A stretch of 64,000 nucleotides of DNA. Source: Verrucomicrobiota bacterium. GTDB lineage: Bacteria; Verrucomicrobiota; Verrucomicrobiia; Opitutales; Cerasicoccaceae. The translations under genes and the position numbers were made by a program. Below are positions 20,472-29,451 of this stretch, piece after piece. The notes under the pieces are model-generated. The model was not told the origin of the DNA and did no database searches. It was given only the letters and a program-made list of their open reading frames with translations. Location of the stretch: positions 32,001 through 96,000 of the forward strand of contig JBCBUK010000001.1 in the NCBI GenBank assembly GCA_039818205.1, given 5' to 3'. Each line of letters starts with the position of its first letter. Within the stretch, counting starts at the first letter, position 1.

Positions 20472-20597
20472 ATGAAACACACTCAACCAAGAAAAGAACC
20501 TCCAACTCGCTTCTGCGATGCGCCCGGCGCCCTCACTTTCCTCGCGTTCGCCTTCTTCGCGACCGTCACCGCAATGCTCAAATACAGCATCGTTTAA
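20472..20597 (+). CDS. Micro-protein 1 (41 aa, single TM)
   Basis: MKHTQPRKEPPTRFCDAPGALTFLAFAFFATVTAMLKYSIV; not in ORF track. Confidence 0.6.
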   Translation: MKHTQPRKEPPTRFCDAPGALTFLAFAFFATVTAMLKYSIV

Positions 20598-20616
20598 TCC
20601 AAAAGTTCGCCAACCC

Positions 20617-20808
20617 ATGACTCATACCAACCAAGCACCCTTTTTGCCTCGGATGAATACAAAGCCCAGCCTGTCGTTAAATTCCGAGAAACGCGGCTTC
20701 AAGCGCGCACTCGTTGGCCTGGCTCTACTAACCCTGGCAATCGCACCGATCGCCTACCTCGGCGCAAGATTCTTTAAACACTACGCAACCCTTAGCAACT
20801 GGAACTAA
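20617..20808 (+). CDS. Micro-protein 2 (63 aa, single TM)
   Basis: MTHTNQAPF…KRGFKRALVGLALLTLAIAPIAYLGARFFKHYATLSNWN; internal ATG of track ORF 20518. Confidence 0.65.
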   Translation: MTHTNQAPFLPRMNTKPSLSLNSEKRGFKRALVGLALLTLAIAPIAYLGARFFKHYATLSNWN

Positions 20809-20812
20809 ACCC

Positions 20813-20992
20813 ATGCGAAAGACAGAAAACTCACCCGCAAAACGACCTGCAACCATGAAAGCCAAGCAAGCATCGGCCGTCATCGCTGAACCATCGCCGC
20901 TGGAGCAGTTGCTCTACTGCTCGATCATCTTGGTCGCCGCGACTCCGTTTGCGATCATCGGTCTGGGACGACTCATCAACGCCTGGTTCTAA
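20813..20992 (+). CDS. Micro-protein 3 (59 aa, single TM)
   Basis: MRKTENSPAKRPATMKAKQASAVIAEPSPLEQLLYCSIILVAATPFAIIGLGRLINAWF; 4 nt after previous stop; not in ORF track. Confidence 0.65.
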   Translation: MRKTENSPAKRPATMKAKQASAVIAEPSPLEQLLYCSIILVAATPFAIIGLGRLINAWF

Positions 20993-21014
20993 CCGCATCC
21001 AACATAGTCCCGAT

Positions 21015-21191
21015 ATGAACAACTCAATACCCTCCGACGACTCAGGTTCCAAAAAAGGATTTTCGATCTATCGGCACATCATACGCCCGGCACTCCTTAC
21101 AACGGCTGCGCTAGCCGTAGGATGCGCCGCTTTTATCGGATTATTTGTTCTTGGAATCGTAACCGGCCCAATCGAGCTTTGGCCCATGTAA
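21015..21191 (+). CDS. Micro-protein 4 (58 aa, single TM)
   Basis: MNNSIPSDDSGSKKGFSIYRHIIRPALLTTAALAVGCAAFIGLFVLGIVTGPIELWPM. Confidence 0.65.
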   Translation: MNNSIPSDDSGSKKGFSIYRHIIRPALLTTAALAVGCAAFIGLFVLGIVTGPIELWPM

Positions 21192-21232
21192 CAATTCCTC
21201 TCCGCACACCAACCAATCAATTTCCAAATCTC

Positions 21233-21328
21233 ATGAAAATCATTCTCACCCTTCTAGCCGCCATTCCAACGGCCCTTTCGACTTACGTCTTCTTGGCGAT
21301 CAGTGGCATTGTCAACTGGCCTGGATAA
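21233..21328 (+). CDS. Micro-protein 5 (31 aa, hydrophobic)
   Basis: MKIILTLLAAIPTALSTYVFLAISGIVNWPG. Confidence 0.55.
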   Translation: MKIILTLLAAIPTALSTYVFLAISGIVNWPG

Positions 21329-21364
21329 ACAACAAAGCCCACCCCAAAAGAGGAGTGAGCTTTG
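21329..21364 (-). terminator. Intrinsic terminator after HAD gene
   Basis: Minus-strand stem CAAAGCUCACUCC/GGGGUGGGCUUUG (G-U pairs work only on minus) followed by UUGUUU. Confidence 0.55.
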
Positions 21365-21383
21365 CAGCAAAAAGTAAAGGCGG

Positions 21384-22286
21384 CTAGGCGATGCAGCCAG
21401 CAACTTGCTCCAACTCAGTGATGATCAAATCAGGCTTCACGTCCTTGCAATCAGCATCGTCTTCGCGCAAACGCAATGAGCGCTTGTCGCCCGCGAATAG
21501 TGCGGTTTTGAAGCCGAGTTCCTGCGCTGGCCAGACATCGTTGCGGATATCGTTGCCAATGAAAAGCGTCTCTTCCGGAGTGATGCCGTCGAGGGCCTGC
21601 ATGCGCTCCATTGCTACCTTATAGATATCGTGTCCCGGCTTGGCGGTGGCATGCTCGTAGGAGTAAACGCAGAGCACTTCCTCAATACCCAGGTCGTGCG
21701 GACCGTCTTCGAAGAACGCTTCGAAAAGCAACGGTGTAAAGGCCTGAGCATTCGAGATCAGCCCAATACTCTTCCCCTTATCGAGGCAGCTTTCAAAGGC
21801 ATCGAGCACGCCGGGCATCGGATAAACGGGGTTCACACGAGCCTCGAATAATGAAGCAAGCTGCATCAAGTTGTTGCGTGTCGTGCGGCCACGAACGAGC
21901 TCATAAGCTTCTAGCTGGCCGATGAGGTCTTCCCACACGCCGATGATGTCGACCTCGGGAAAATTCGTTCCGTTGTCGCGGCGAATATCTTGCTCAGCCT
22001 TGATGGTGTCCAGGAAGAGCTCATTGATTGGCGTTTTTTCATCCAGGAGCATAAAGCCGACCTCTTCCATCGACTGGCGGATCAGCTTTTCGCGCTCCTT
22101 ACTCTTGTCATTAGTGACCAGGGAAATATCGCCCACTCCGCTTTGAAACAACGTTCCATAGATGTCGAATAAAACGCAGCGAATGCCTTTGAGAGGACTG
22201 ATCTTCGGCTCCACACCAGTGGGCACCGGAGCCATCTCAGGTGAATTGTGTCTAATAATATCAACGGGTTTCAGCTTATAAGCCAT
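21384..22286 (-). CDS. HAD-superfamily hydrolase
   Basis: FDIYGTL, ISNA, KP, IGNDIRND motifs; ATG 22286 preferred. Confidence 0.85.
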   Translation of the reverse strand: MAYKLKPVDIIRHNSPEMAPVPTGVEPKISPLKGIRCVLFDIYGTLFQSGVGDISLVTNDKSKEREKLIRQSMEEVGFMLLDEKTPINELFLDTIKAEQDIRRDNGTNFPEVDIIGVWEDLIGQLEAYELVRGRTTRNNLMQLASLFEARVNPVYPMPGVLDAFESCLDKGKSIGLISNAQAFTPLLFEAFFEDGPHDLGIEEVLCVYSYEHATAKPGHDIYKVAMERMQALDGITPEETLFIGNDIRNDVWPAQELGFKTALFAGDKRSLRLREDDADCKDVKPDLIITELEQVAGCIA

Positions 22287-22371
22287 GGGAGGATATAAAT
22301 ACTGCCCATCCGCTTTCGGCAACGTGAATCTGAGATTAAATCTCGGCAAATAACATGGGGCGGGCCCAGGG

Positions 22372-23559
22372 CTAAACGCCCAACTTAGCCATCGCCGCCT
22401 TCATCTCTTTTGCCGCCAGCGCATAACCACCATCGGCTCCATCAACAAAGTGCATATGCTCATGCTCGTAGGAATCGATCACACAAGTCATAATCGCCGA
22501 ATCCGCCACATGATGGCCCCAGACAAGCTCTTCGGCGGTGAACTGCTCTTTCACTGCAGCCAATAGTTTCCCACGCTGCTCCGCACTACCCGATAGGACA
22601 AAGCGCAAACAATCGTCAATTTTGCGATAGTCAGCGTTGCGGATAAGATCCTCTTTATAATGGCTCCAGTCTGCTCCTGCAAAGGTCATTCCGCGCTTCA
22701 TGATGACCTTACCCACAACAATCTGGAGCCGCAAATAAAGGCCATAAACCCACCGGCTCAAGGCGCCCTCACCAAAGGTTCGAACGCGATGCTCAACGCT
22801 TAGCTTGTCTCCGCCATTGGCCAAATTCATGCCATTGAGATGCAAGGGGTGCGCTGCAAGCTCGTCCCCATAACTCGCCTCAATCAGGGCTACCAGGCGT
22901 TGAAAAATATGGGCTCGTTCCTCCTCGCTACCAAAGGCACGGAAGATGTAGGCGACTGTTTCCCCATGGCGGCTCGGAATATTTTCCCAGCGACACTCCA
23001 ATCCTTGAAAATCTGCCTGCGACGGTCCGTCTTCTGAAACCTGATAGCGGTCACCCAAGGAATCATCTTTAACCAGATCCTCCGCCTCTTCGAGACCACC
23101 ACCGAGAAACAGGGTTTGAGTGACCCACTCGGAGAGTCGCAGTCGAGCAACCCGCACTTCGCGTCCTTTCTCGATGATATCCCGATGAGGCACGATTCCG
23201 ATGCGTAATTCCAAGTCGAAATCATCCGTTGCCATCTGTCGGGTTGCCCGGAGGATATTTTCAACTTCCTCTTTCCGTTCTGGAGGGATGCAAAAAGTCG
23301 CGCCATCGCCACCAAAGACGAACGGTATTTCCTCAGGTTTGTTGAGGTTTCGGATCGCGGCGATCGCCGCCACACCCACGCCGTTGACTTCCTTATAGCG
23401 GCCCCGTCGAAGATTTTCGGTTGAGCCCCGAACATCGGTCAGCGCTACGAGCCAGTCATCAGGCAAACGATGATAAGCCGATGGGTCCAGAGCATCGCGG
23501 ATACTGTCCACCGTCGGCAGACCTTCAACGAAACTCACCGTAGGGTTGGTTGGACTCAC
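22372..23559 (-). CDS. DUF3095 family protein (nucleotide-cyclase-like fold)
   Basis: LPDDW…TDVRGST…GRYKEVN, FVFGGDGA, GLECRW, HFVDGADGGYALAA. Confidence 0.85.
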   Translation of the reverse strand: MSPTNPTVSFVEGLPTVDSIRDALDPSAYHRLPDDWLVALTDVRGSTENLRRGRYKEVNGVGVAAIAAIRNLNKPEEIPFVFGGDGATFCIPPERKEEVENILRATRQMATDDFDLELRIGIVPHRDIIEKGREVRVARLRLSEWVTQTLFLGGGLEEAEDLVKDDSLGDRYQVSEDGPSQADFQGLECRWENIPSRHGETVAYIFRAFGSEEERAHIFQRLVALIEASYGDELAAHPLHLNGMNLANGGDKLSVEHRVRTFGEGALSRWVYGLYLRLQIVVGKVIMKRGMTFAGADWSHYKEDLIRNADYRKIDDCLRFVLSGSAEQRGKLLAAVKEQFTAEELVWGHHVADSAIMTCVIDSYEHEHMHFVDGADGGYALAAKEMKAAMAKLGV

Positions 23560-23608
23560 GCCGAAGACGGTGCACAGTTAACAGCCAATAGCGAGCAAGA
23601 ACGCATGC

Positions 23609-24133
23609 TCAACCGACACGCACCATTCCGTTTAGTTCAAGGTATTCCGCCAAGCGAGACGCATTCAAATCATCAAGGACAATCTGTCTACAGATCCGCT
23701 TTTCAAGTCTCAATTCAACCACTCGGTAGTTGTCGATTGCCTCGACCGCGGTGTTCGAGAAAACCCACTTTCTAAAGTCTTTCGACGATATCCAGAATCC
23801 GTCATTGAAAGAAATCTTTTTCGATCCGAGTGTCCATTTATTCGCAATGTATCTCTGCACACAAACATGGACCCACAATATGCCAACCACCAAGACTATC
23901 GGAGCAAAAATACCAGCCAGGATCGTTTTGTTGTCCAAGCCAACCCACCAATGGAGCAAAGCTATCGTAAAGCAGCAGGCTGAGAATCCAATAAGCGACA
24001 CTTTGACCGTAATTCCTTTCAGGTAGTTTTTTGCCTCGCGAAACCGGAGCTTCCTGATTCGCAAATCCTCGACAACAATTGGAGCATCTCCCTTCACAGA
24101 TGTTTTCATATCACGGCACAATTTTATTGCCAA
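23609..24133 (-). CDS. Hypothetical membrane protein
   Basis: Two TM helices; AT-richer than neighbours; start uncertain. Confidence 0.55.
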   Translation of the reverse strand: MAIKLCRDMKTSVKGDAPIVVEDLRIRKLRFREAKNYLKGITVKVSLIGFSACCFTIALLHWWVGLDNKTILAGIFAPIVLVVGILWVHVCVQRYIANKWTLGSKKISFNDGFWISSKDFRKWVFSNTAVEAIDNYRVVELRLEKRICRQIVLDDLNASRLAEYLELNGMVRVG

Positions 24134-24134
24134 T

Positions 24135-24165
24135 AAAAAACGGCCGCCGAATTGGCGACCGTTTT
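24135..24165 (-). terminator. Intrinsic terminator of metK-ahcY
   Basis: AAAACGGUCGCC/GGCGGCCGUUUU stem running into a U6 tract on minus strand. Confidence 0.8.
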
Positions 24166-24188
24166 GAAAAATAATCTAACCGCAACTC

Positions 24189-25628
24189 TTAGTAGCGATA
24201 GTGGTCAGGCTTGTAGGGGCCTTCAACGCCAACGCCAATGTAAGAGGCTTGCTCTGAGCTGAGCTTAGTCAGCTTACAGCCAATCTTTTCAAGGTGTAGG
24301 CGTGCAACCTCTTCGTCGAGCTGCTTTGGCAAGATGTAAACACCAGGTGTGTATTGCTCCACCTTCTTCCAGAGCTCGATTTGCGCGAGCACCTGGTTGG
24401 TGAAACTGTTGGACATCACGAATGATGGGTGACCAGTTGCACAACCAAGGTTCACGAGGCGACCCTTCGCGAGCAGATAGATACTGTTGCCATCAGGGAA
24501 GGTGTATTTATCAACCGCGCCCATGTCCTCGGGCTTGATTTCCTCGTGATCCACACCCGGCATGTCGTCGAGCTTATCAACTTCGATTTCATTGTCGAAG
24601 TGGCCGATGTTACAGACGATTGCTTGGTCCTTCATCTTCGCCATTTGATCGGCGGTAATGATGCCGTAGTTACCGGTGGTGGTAACGTAGATGTCGCCCC
24701 AGCCGAGGGTGTCTTCAACGGTCAAAACGCGGAAACCTTCCATCGCAGCTTGGAGTGCGCAGATCGGGTCAACCTCAGTCACAACGACTTGGGCTCCTTG
24801 ACCACGCATGGCCTGGGCACAGCCCTTACCAACATCACCATAACCACAAATAACAGCAACCTTACCGGAGATCATCACATCGGTAGCGCGCTTGATACCG
24901 TCAACGAGGGACTCGCGGCAACCGTAGAGGTTGTCAAACTTGCTCTTGGTAACAGAGTCGTTGACGTTGATCGCTGGAACCAAGAGACCACCGTTCTTGT
25001 GGCGCTCGTACAGGCGGTGAACACCAGTAGTGGTTTCTTCAGAAACGCCCTTCCACTCCTTAACCACGTCGTGCCAGTGGTTTGGCTTGTCGGCGTTAAT
25101 CTTCTTGAGCAGGTTCTTGATAACTTGCTCTTCAGTGCTGCTGGAATCGGTGTTTACCCAGTCTTCGCCATTCTCAAGTTCGTAGCCCTTGTGGATAAGA
25201 AGCGTCGCATCACCACCGTCATCAACGATGAGTTGAGGGCCGGAGCCGTCGGGCCAGGTCAACGCCTGCTCGGTGCACCACCAGTATTCATCCAAAGTCT
25301 CACCCTTCCAGGCAAAAACCGGCACACCCAAATTCTTCGCAACGTAGGCCGCGGCGTGGTCCTGGGTCGAGAAGATGTTACAGGAGCACCAGCGAACGTC
25401 TGCGCCGAGTTCCTTCAAGGTCTCGATCAGAACGGCCGTCTGAATGGTCATGTGCAAAGAACCCATGATGCGAACACCCTTAAGTGGCTGCTCACCCGCA
25501 TACTTTTCGCGAGTGGCCATCAGGCCGGGCATTTCATGCTGGGCAATCTCAACCTCTTTGCGTCCAAAGTCCGCAAGGGTGATGTCCTTAACTTTATAGT
25601 CAGTGCTTGTTTCGGTAATTGTGCTCAT
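24189..25628 (-). CDS. ahcY: Adenosylhomocysteinase
   Basis: [51 protein letters not shown]. Confidence 0.98.
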   Translation of the reverse strand: MSTITETSTDYKVKDITLADFGRKEVEIAQHEMPGLMATREKYAGEQPLKGVRIMGSLHMTIQTAVLIETLKELGADVRWCSCNIFSTQDHAAAYVAKNLGVPVFAWKGETLDEYWWCTEQALTWPDGSGPQLIVDDGGDATLLIHKGYELENGEDWVNTDSSSTEEQVIKNLLKKINADKPNHWHDVVKEWKGVSEETTTGVHRLYERHKNGGLLVPAINVNDSVTKSKFDNLYGCRESLVDGIKRATDVMISGKVAVICGYGDVGKGCAQAMRGQGAQVVVTEVDPICALQAAMEGFRVLTVEDTLGWGDIYVTTTGNYGIITADQMAKMKDQAIVCNIGHFDNEIEVDKLDDMPGVDHEEIKPEDMGAVDKYTFPDGNSIYLLAKGRLVNLGCATGHPSFVMSNSFTNQVLAQIELWKKVEQYTPGVYILPKQLDEEVARLHLEKIGCKLTKLSSEQASYIGVGVEGPYKPDHYRY

Positions 25629-25670
25629 TATTTGATCCCGTTTCGGGTCTAAATGTGAATTCAGTTTGGA

Positions 25671-26843
25671 TTAACCAATGGCCTTCTTGAGTTCCTCAGC
25701 CTTGCTGGTGTCTTCCCAAGGGAGACCTGCTTTAGCAAAGTGGCCATAGTGTGTGGTGTCGCGGTAAATTGGGCGCAAGAGGTCCAACTGGGAAACGATG
25801 TCTGCCGGCTTGAAGCTAAAGACTTCCTTGATTGCCTTCTCGATCGCAAGGTGATCGACCTTGCCGGTTCCAAAGGTGTCAATGTGGATGCTGGTTGGAT
25901 GCGGGTAACCAATCGCGTAAGCGACCTGTAGCTCGACCTTCTCAGCAAGACCGGCTGCGACAACATTCTTCGCAACCCAGCGGCACATGTAAGCAGCCGA
26001 GCGATCAACCTTCGATGGATCCTTACCAGAGAAGGCACCACCACCGTGGCGACCATAACCGCCATAAGTGTCGACGATGATCTTACGACCGGTAAGGCCT
26101 GCGTCCCCTTGAGGACCACCGATGACGAATCGACCGGTTGGGTTGATCAAAAATTGCGTGTCACCGTCGATGAGATCCGTTGGCAGCTCCTGCTTAACCA
26201 CGTTCTCGATCAGGAACTCTTTGATTTCCGGCAATTGAGCGGCTTCCGCATGCTGAGTGGAAATAACCACGTTGTTGATGCGAACGGGCTTCCCGTCTTC
26301 GTAGGAAACTGCGACCTGGCTCTTACAGTCTGGACGCAACCAGGCAGCTGGGCTGTTTGGAGCCTTGCGAATCTCGGCCATTTTGCGGAGCACACGGTGC
26401 GCATACATCACGGGCGCCGGCATGAGCTCAGGCGTTTCCGTGCAAGCAATACCGAACATGATGCCTTGGTCACCTGCGCCTTGCTCGTCGGTGTCCTTAC
26501 CATCGGCAGCAGCGGCGTCCACACCTTGGGCGATGTCGTCCGACTGCTTGGTCAGGTAATTGTTGATGAATACGTGATCGGCGTGGAACACGTCGTCGTC
26601 ATTGATGTAGCCGATGTCACGGATCGCTTCACGAATGACGGTGTTGTAGTCAAAGTTGGCGTTGGTGGTGATTTCACCCGCAACGTTAACAACGTTGCTC
26701 TTCACTAGGGTCTCACAGGCAACGCGGCTGGCGGCATCTTGGGACAAGCATGCGTCAAGGATGCTGTCAGAGATATAGTCGGCAACCTTGTCAGGATGGC
26801 CTTCGCCCACCGATTCGGAGGAAAAGTGGTATTTATCACTCAT
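25671..26843 (-). CDS. metK: S-adenosylmethionine synthetase
   Basis: [33 protein letters not shown]. Confidence 0.98.
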   Translation of the reverse strand: MSDKYHFSSESVGEGHPDKVADYISDSILDACLSQDAASRVACETLVKSNVVNVAGEITTNANFDYNTVIREAIRDIGYINDDDVFHADHVFINNYLTKQSDDIAQGVDAAAADGKDTDEQGAGDQGIMFGIACTETPELMPAPVMYAHRVLRKMAEIRKAPNSPAAWLRPDCKSQVAVSYEDGKPVRINNVVISTQHAEAAQLPEIKEFLIENVVKQELPTDLIDGDTQFLINPTGRFVIGGPQGDAGLTGRKIIVDTYGGYGRHGGGAFSGKDPSKVDRSAAYMCRWVAKNVVAAGLAEKVELQVAYAIGYPHPTSIHIDTFGTGKVDHLAIEKAIKEVFSFKPADIVSQLDLLRPIYRDTTHYGHFAKAGLPWEDTSKAEELKKAIG

Positions 26844-26888
26844 AAGGATTCAAAAGATGCTCAGGCTTCCAAAGAAATCAAGCTCATT

Positions 26889-26916
26889 AAATCAATATAT
26901 CTAGATTTGTTGATGG
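26889..26916. promoter_or_regulatory. Candidate operator upstream of metK-ahcY
   Basis: Imperfect palindrome ATCAATATATCTAGATTTGTTGAT containing two overlapping ATC(A/T)A-N6-T(A/T)GAT boxes. Confidence 0.45.
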
Positions 26917-26998
26917 ATGGCATATTTTTGATAACCGAGAATTGCCTTACCGGCCTGCCAAGGATAGTTTGCTACGGTCTTTTAAACCCAATTCATTT

Positions 26999-28879
26999 AT
27001 GTTCCCATTTAGATCGGTATTTCCCGCCACTCTATTTCTTTGGGCCTCGCTCGCCCATTCCGCATCCGTCGAAGACAATCACATCAACACCCTCGTTTCC
27101 CAATCGGACGCCATCGCGGTCGTCGAGGTTTGGACACCGTCCTCTTACTATTCGGACGATGGAAAAATTCGGACTCAAACGCTCTTGCACGTCATTGAGC
27201 CCCTAAAAGGCACCCTCCCCGATTATTTCTATGCGACTCAGCCAGGCGGTGTGGTCGGTGAAGACGGTTTCTATAACAGCCTCTACCCAATCCCCAAACC
27301 TCATGGTCGAACGCTCGTCATGCTCAAGCGGACAAGTGACGGGCCCGAATTTCTGCCGATTCCCCATGGCCTCACCTATCTTTATTCCTCCAGCCTTGGT
27401 GAACCGAGGACCACTGCTGAGGCCCTCGGCGAGATGAAGCTAGAGTCCATTCGGTATATCACCCAACGTTCTCATCCAGGAGCCGACTTCACCGACTACG
27501 CAGTACTGCGCCTGCCAAGAGTCGCATTCAATAGCACAGGGCTCCTCGGAGACACCGACCCAAACCGCTTTCTCACCCCCGATCGGGGCCAAAAGATTCC
27601 GGTGATCTATGATGCTTCGACGCGCCCACTAGGCATCACCGAGGCCCAATGCCTAGAAGCCCTGGAAGAATCGCTGGCCGCGTGGGAAGCCGCCAGCAGC
27701 ATCCAGTTTGAAATTGTCGGAACCGAAATCTTTACCATGTCAGCCGATGACCTAGCCAGCGGCTCGAATCCTGATTTCCGCCGCGACGGGAAGGTCTTCG
27801 TCCAATTTCACGACAATTTCAATGTCATCAGCAACCTGTCGACGACACTGGGTATCGGTGGGCGAAATTTTAGCACCAATGCCACGGCACCGCTCGGAGG
27901 AAATGTTTCGGGTTTAGACTTTGGACGGGTGAACCGGGGATACGTCGTCCTCGATCACGACAAGGCAACCCTGCAAACCTTGGTTGACCTGAAAGAGGTG
28001 CTGACGCACGAGATTGGCCATGTTCTAGGCCTGGCCCACAGCAGCGAGACGGAACCAGAAACCGATGCGACCCTCGAAGACGCCACCATGTATTTCAAAA
28101 TCCACAGCGATGGACGAGGCGCCGCGATTCGCAGCTGGGACGAGCAAACCGTTGTAAAACCCTATCCAACGGACAACTTACCGCCCTTCGCCTTCGATCG
28201 CTATGTCCATTACGTGACTGGGTTCTCGGCCATCAACAACACCGACATCAACCGCTACGAGCTGGCCGGTGGCGACCTAGACGGCGACACCGTGACCCTG
28301 GAAATCATCACCGAACCAAGCGCGTCGACTGTTACCTATACCGTCGTCAACGATTTTGAGATCGCCTACACACCAGTCACGGCAATTGGCGATAGCGCAA
28401 CGAATCCGCCCTCATTCTTTTCCTCATTGCGACTAATCGCACGTTACAGCGATGGCGAAGATAAATCGGGCGCATTCGTGCTTAGCCCGAAAAATATCTA
28501 CTTCGATAGCCAACCAAGCGGGAACCTGGACGGCCTACCGAATTCATGGATGACGACCTTTTTTGGTACGACGGTCCCGGGCACAAACATGGGCCCCGAC
28601 GACGACTTCGACGGCGACGGAGAAACCAATGAAGACGAGTTCCTCGGCGGGACCGACCCGACCGATATCAATGATCACTTCAAGCTGAGTGGCGTGACTG
28701 GGAACCTACTCACCTGGACCGGTAGTGAATATGAGGTCGCCAAAGTTTCGACTTCGACTGATCTGGTCAACTTTACTTTCGATAGCTATATCAACATCGA
28801 CGATGGCAGCACCGAGACTGATTTCGACCTCCCCTCAACGCCCACGACGACCTTCTACCAGCTAGAACGGGTGGACTAG
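26999..28879 (+). CDS. Secreted metzincin (matrixin-like) metalloprotease
   Basis: HEIGHVLGLAH zinc motif, Met-turn (ATM), signal peptide, acidic DFDGDG repeat and C-terminal domain. Confidence 0.85.
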   Translation: MFPFRSVFPATLFLWASLAHSASVEDNHINTLVSQSDAIAVVEVWTPSSYYSDDGKIRTQTLLHVIEPLKGTLPDYFYATQPGGVVGEDGFYNSLYPIPKPHGRTLVMLKRTSDGPEFLPIPHGLTYLYSSSLGEPRTTAEALGEMKLESIRYITQRSHPGADFTDYAVLRLPRVAFNSTGLLGDTDPNRFLTPDRGQKIPVIYDASTRPLGITEAQCLEALEESLAAWEAASSIQFEIVGTEIFTMSADDLASGSNPDFRRDGKVFVQFHDNFNVISNLSTTLGIGGRNFSTNATAPLGGNVSGLDFGRVNRGYVVLDHDKATLQTLVDLKEVLTHEIGHVLGLAHSSETEPETDATLEDATMYFKIHSDGRGAAIRSWDEQTVVKPYPTDNLPPFAFDRYVHYVTGFSAINNTDINRYELAGGDLDGDTVTLEIITEPSASTVTYTVVNDFEIAYTPVTAIGDSATNPPSFFSSLRLIARYSDGEDKSGAFVLSPKNIYFDSQPSGNLDGLPNSWMTTFFGTTVPGTNMGPDDDFDGDGETNEDEFLGGTDPTDINDHFKLSGVTGNLLTWTGSEYEVAKVSTSTDLVNFTFDSYINIDDGSTETDFDLPSTPTTTFYQLERVD

Positions 28880-28890
28880 TCCCAACCACC

Positions 28891-29382
28891 ATGAAGAAAG
28901 TCAATGCAAGCGATCTGCCCTGGGACGAACTGAATTCACCGCAGGGTCGTTTTGTACTGTCTCGCAAGGACATATCGCTTGCGATGGGAGCACCAAAAGA
29001 TTTGGGACGTCCGAATGGGCACGCGTTCGATGTCGCGCTTCACCGGATTCCACCTGGGAAGCACAACTGCCCGCTGCACGCCCACAGCCAGCAAACTGAG
29101 TTCTACATTGTTGTGAGCGGACAGGGCCAACTGCGCCAACACATCGACGAGAACACGGAAGTGACGGAGACGCTGGAACCGGGAGATTGCATCCATTGCC
29201 CGCCAAACGGAACCGCGCATCAGATCTTCAACAGCGGCGACGAAGACCTGGTTTTCTGGGTCATTGCGGACAATCCGCCCGCAGAATCAATTTACTATCC
29301 CGACAGCGACAAATGGGCCATCAAGCCAGAGCGCAAATGGTTCAAAGCCACGCCCGTAGACTACTTCGAGGGCGAAGAATAA
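28891..29382 (+). CDS. Cupin domain protein
   Basis: PLHAHSQQTEFYIVVSG and PGD…AHQI cupin motifs; YYPDSDKW. Confidence 0.88.
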   Translation: MKKVNASDLPWDELNSPQGRFVLSRKDISLAMGAPKDLGRPNGHAFDVALHRIPPGKHNCPLHAHSQQTEFYIVVSGQGQLRQHIDENTEVTETLEPGDCIHCPPNGTAHQIFNSGDEDLVFWVIADNPPAESIYYPDSDKWAIKPERKWFKATPVDYFEGEE

Positions 29383-29451
29383 CCCACCAATCAGAATCTA
29401 AATTCCGAAATTGATCTCGAGGGCGGGGCTTGTTCTACTTGAGGGCTGATT

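Noticed and set aside
20617..21191. KRGF and KKGFS in micro-proteins 2 and 4 as type IV prepilin cleavage sites
   Set aside because: No Glu at +5, charged residues follow the Phe, and no pilus or peptidase genes are adjacent
20472..21328. Micro-proteins as RiPP or bacteriocin precursors
   Set aside because: No shared leader, no double-glycine site, and no modifying enzyme or exporter nearby
24429..26708. Long plus-strand ORFs (407 aa, 220 aa) opposite ahcY and metK, and similar antisense ORFs elsewhere
   Set aside because: Antisense shadows of highly biased coding genes; no protein motifs
26844..26998. SAM or SAH riboswitch before metK
   Set aside because: No recognisable conserved helices; short AT-rich region shared with a divergent gene
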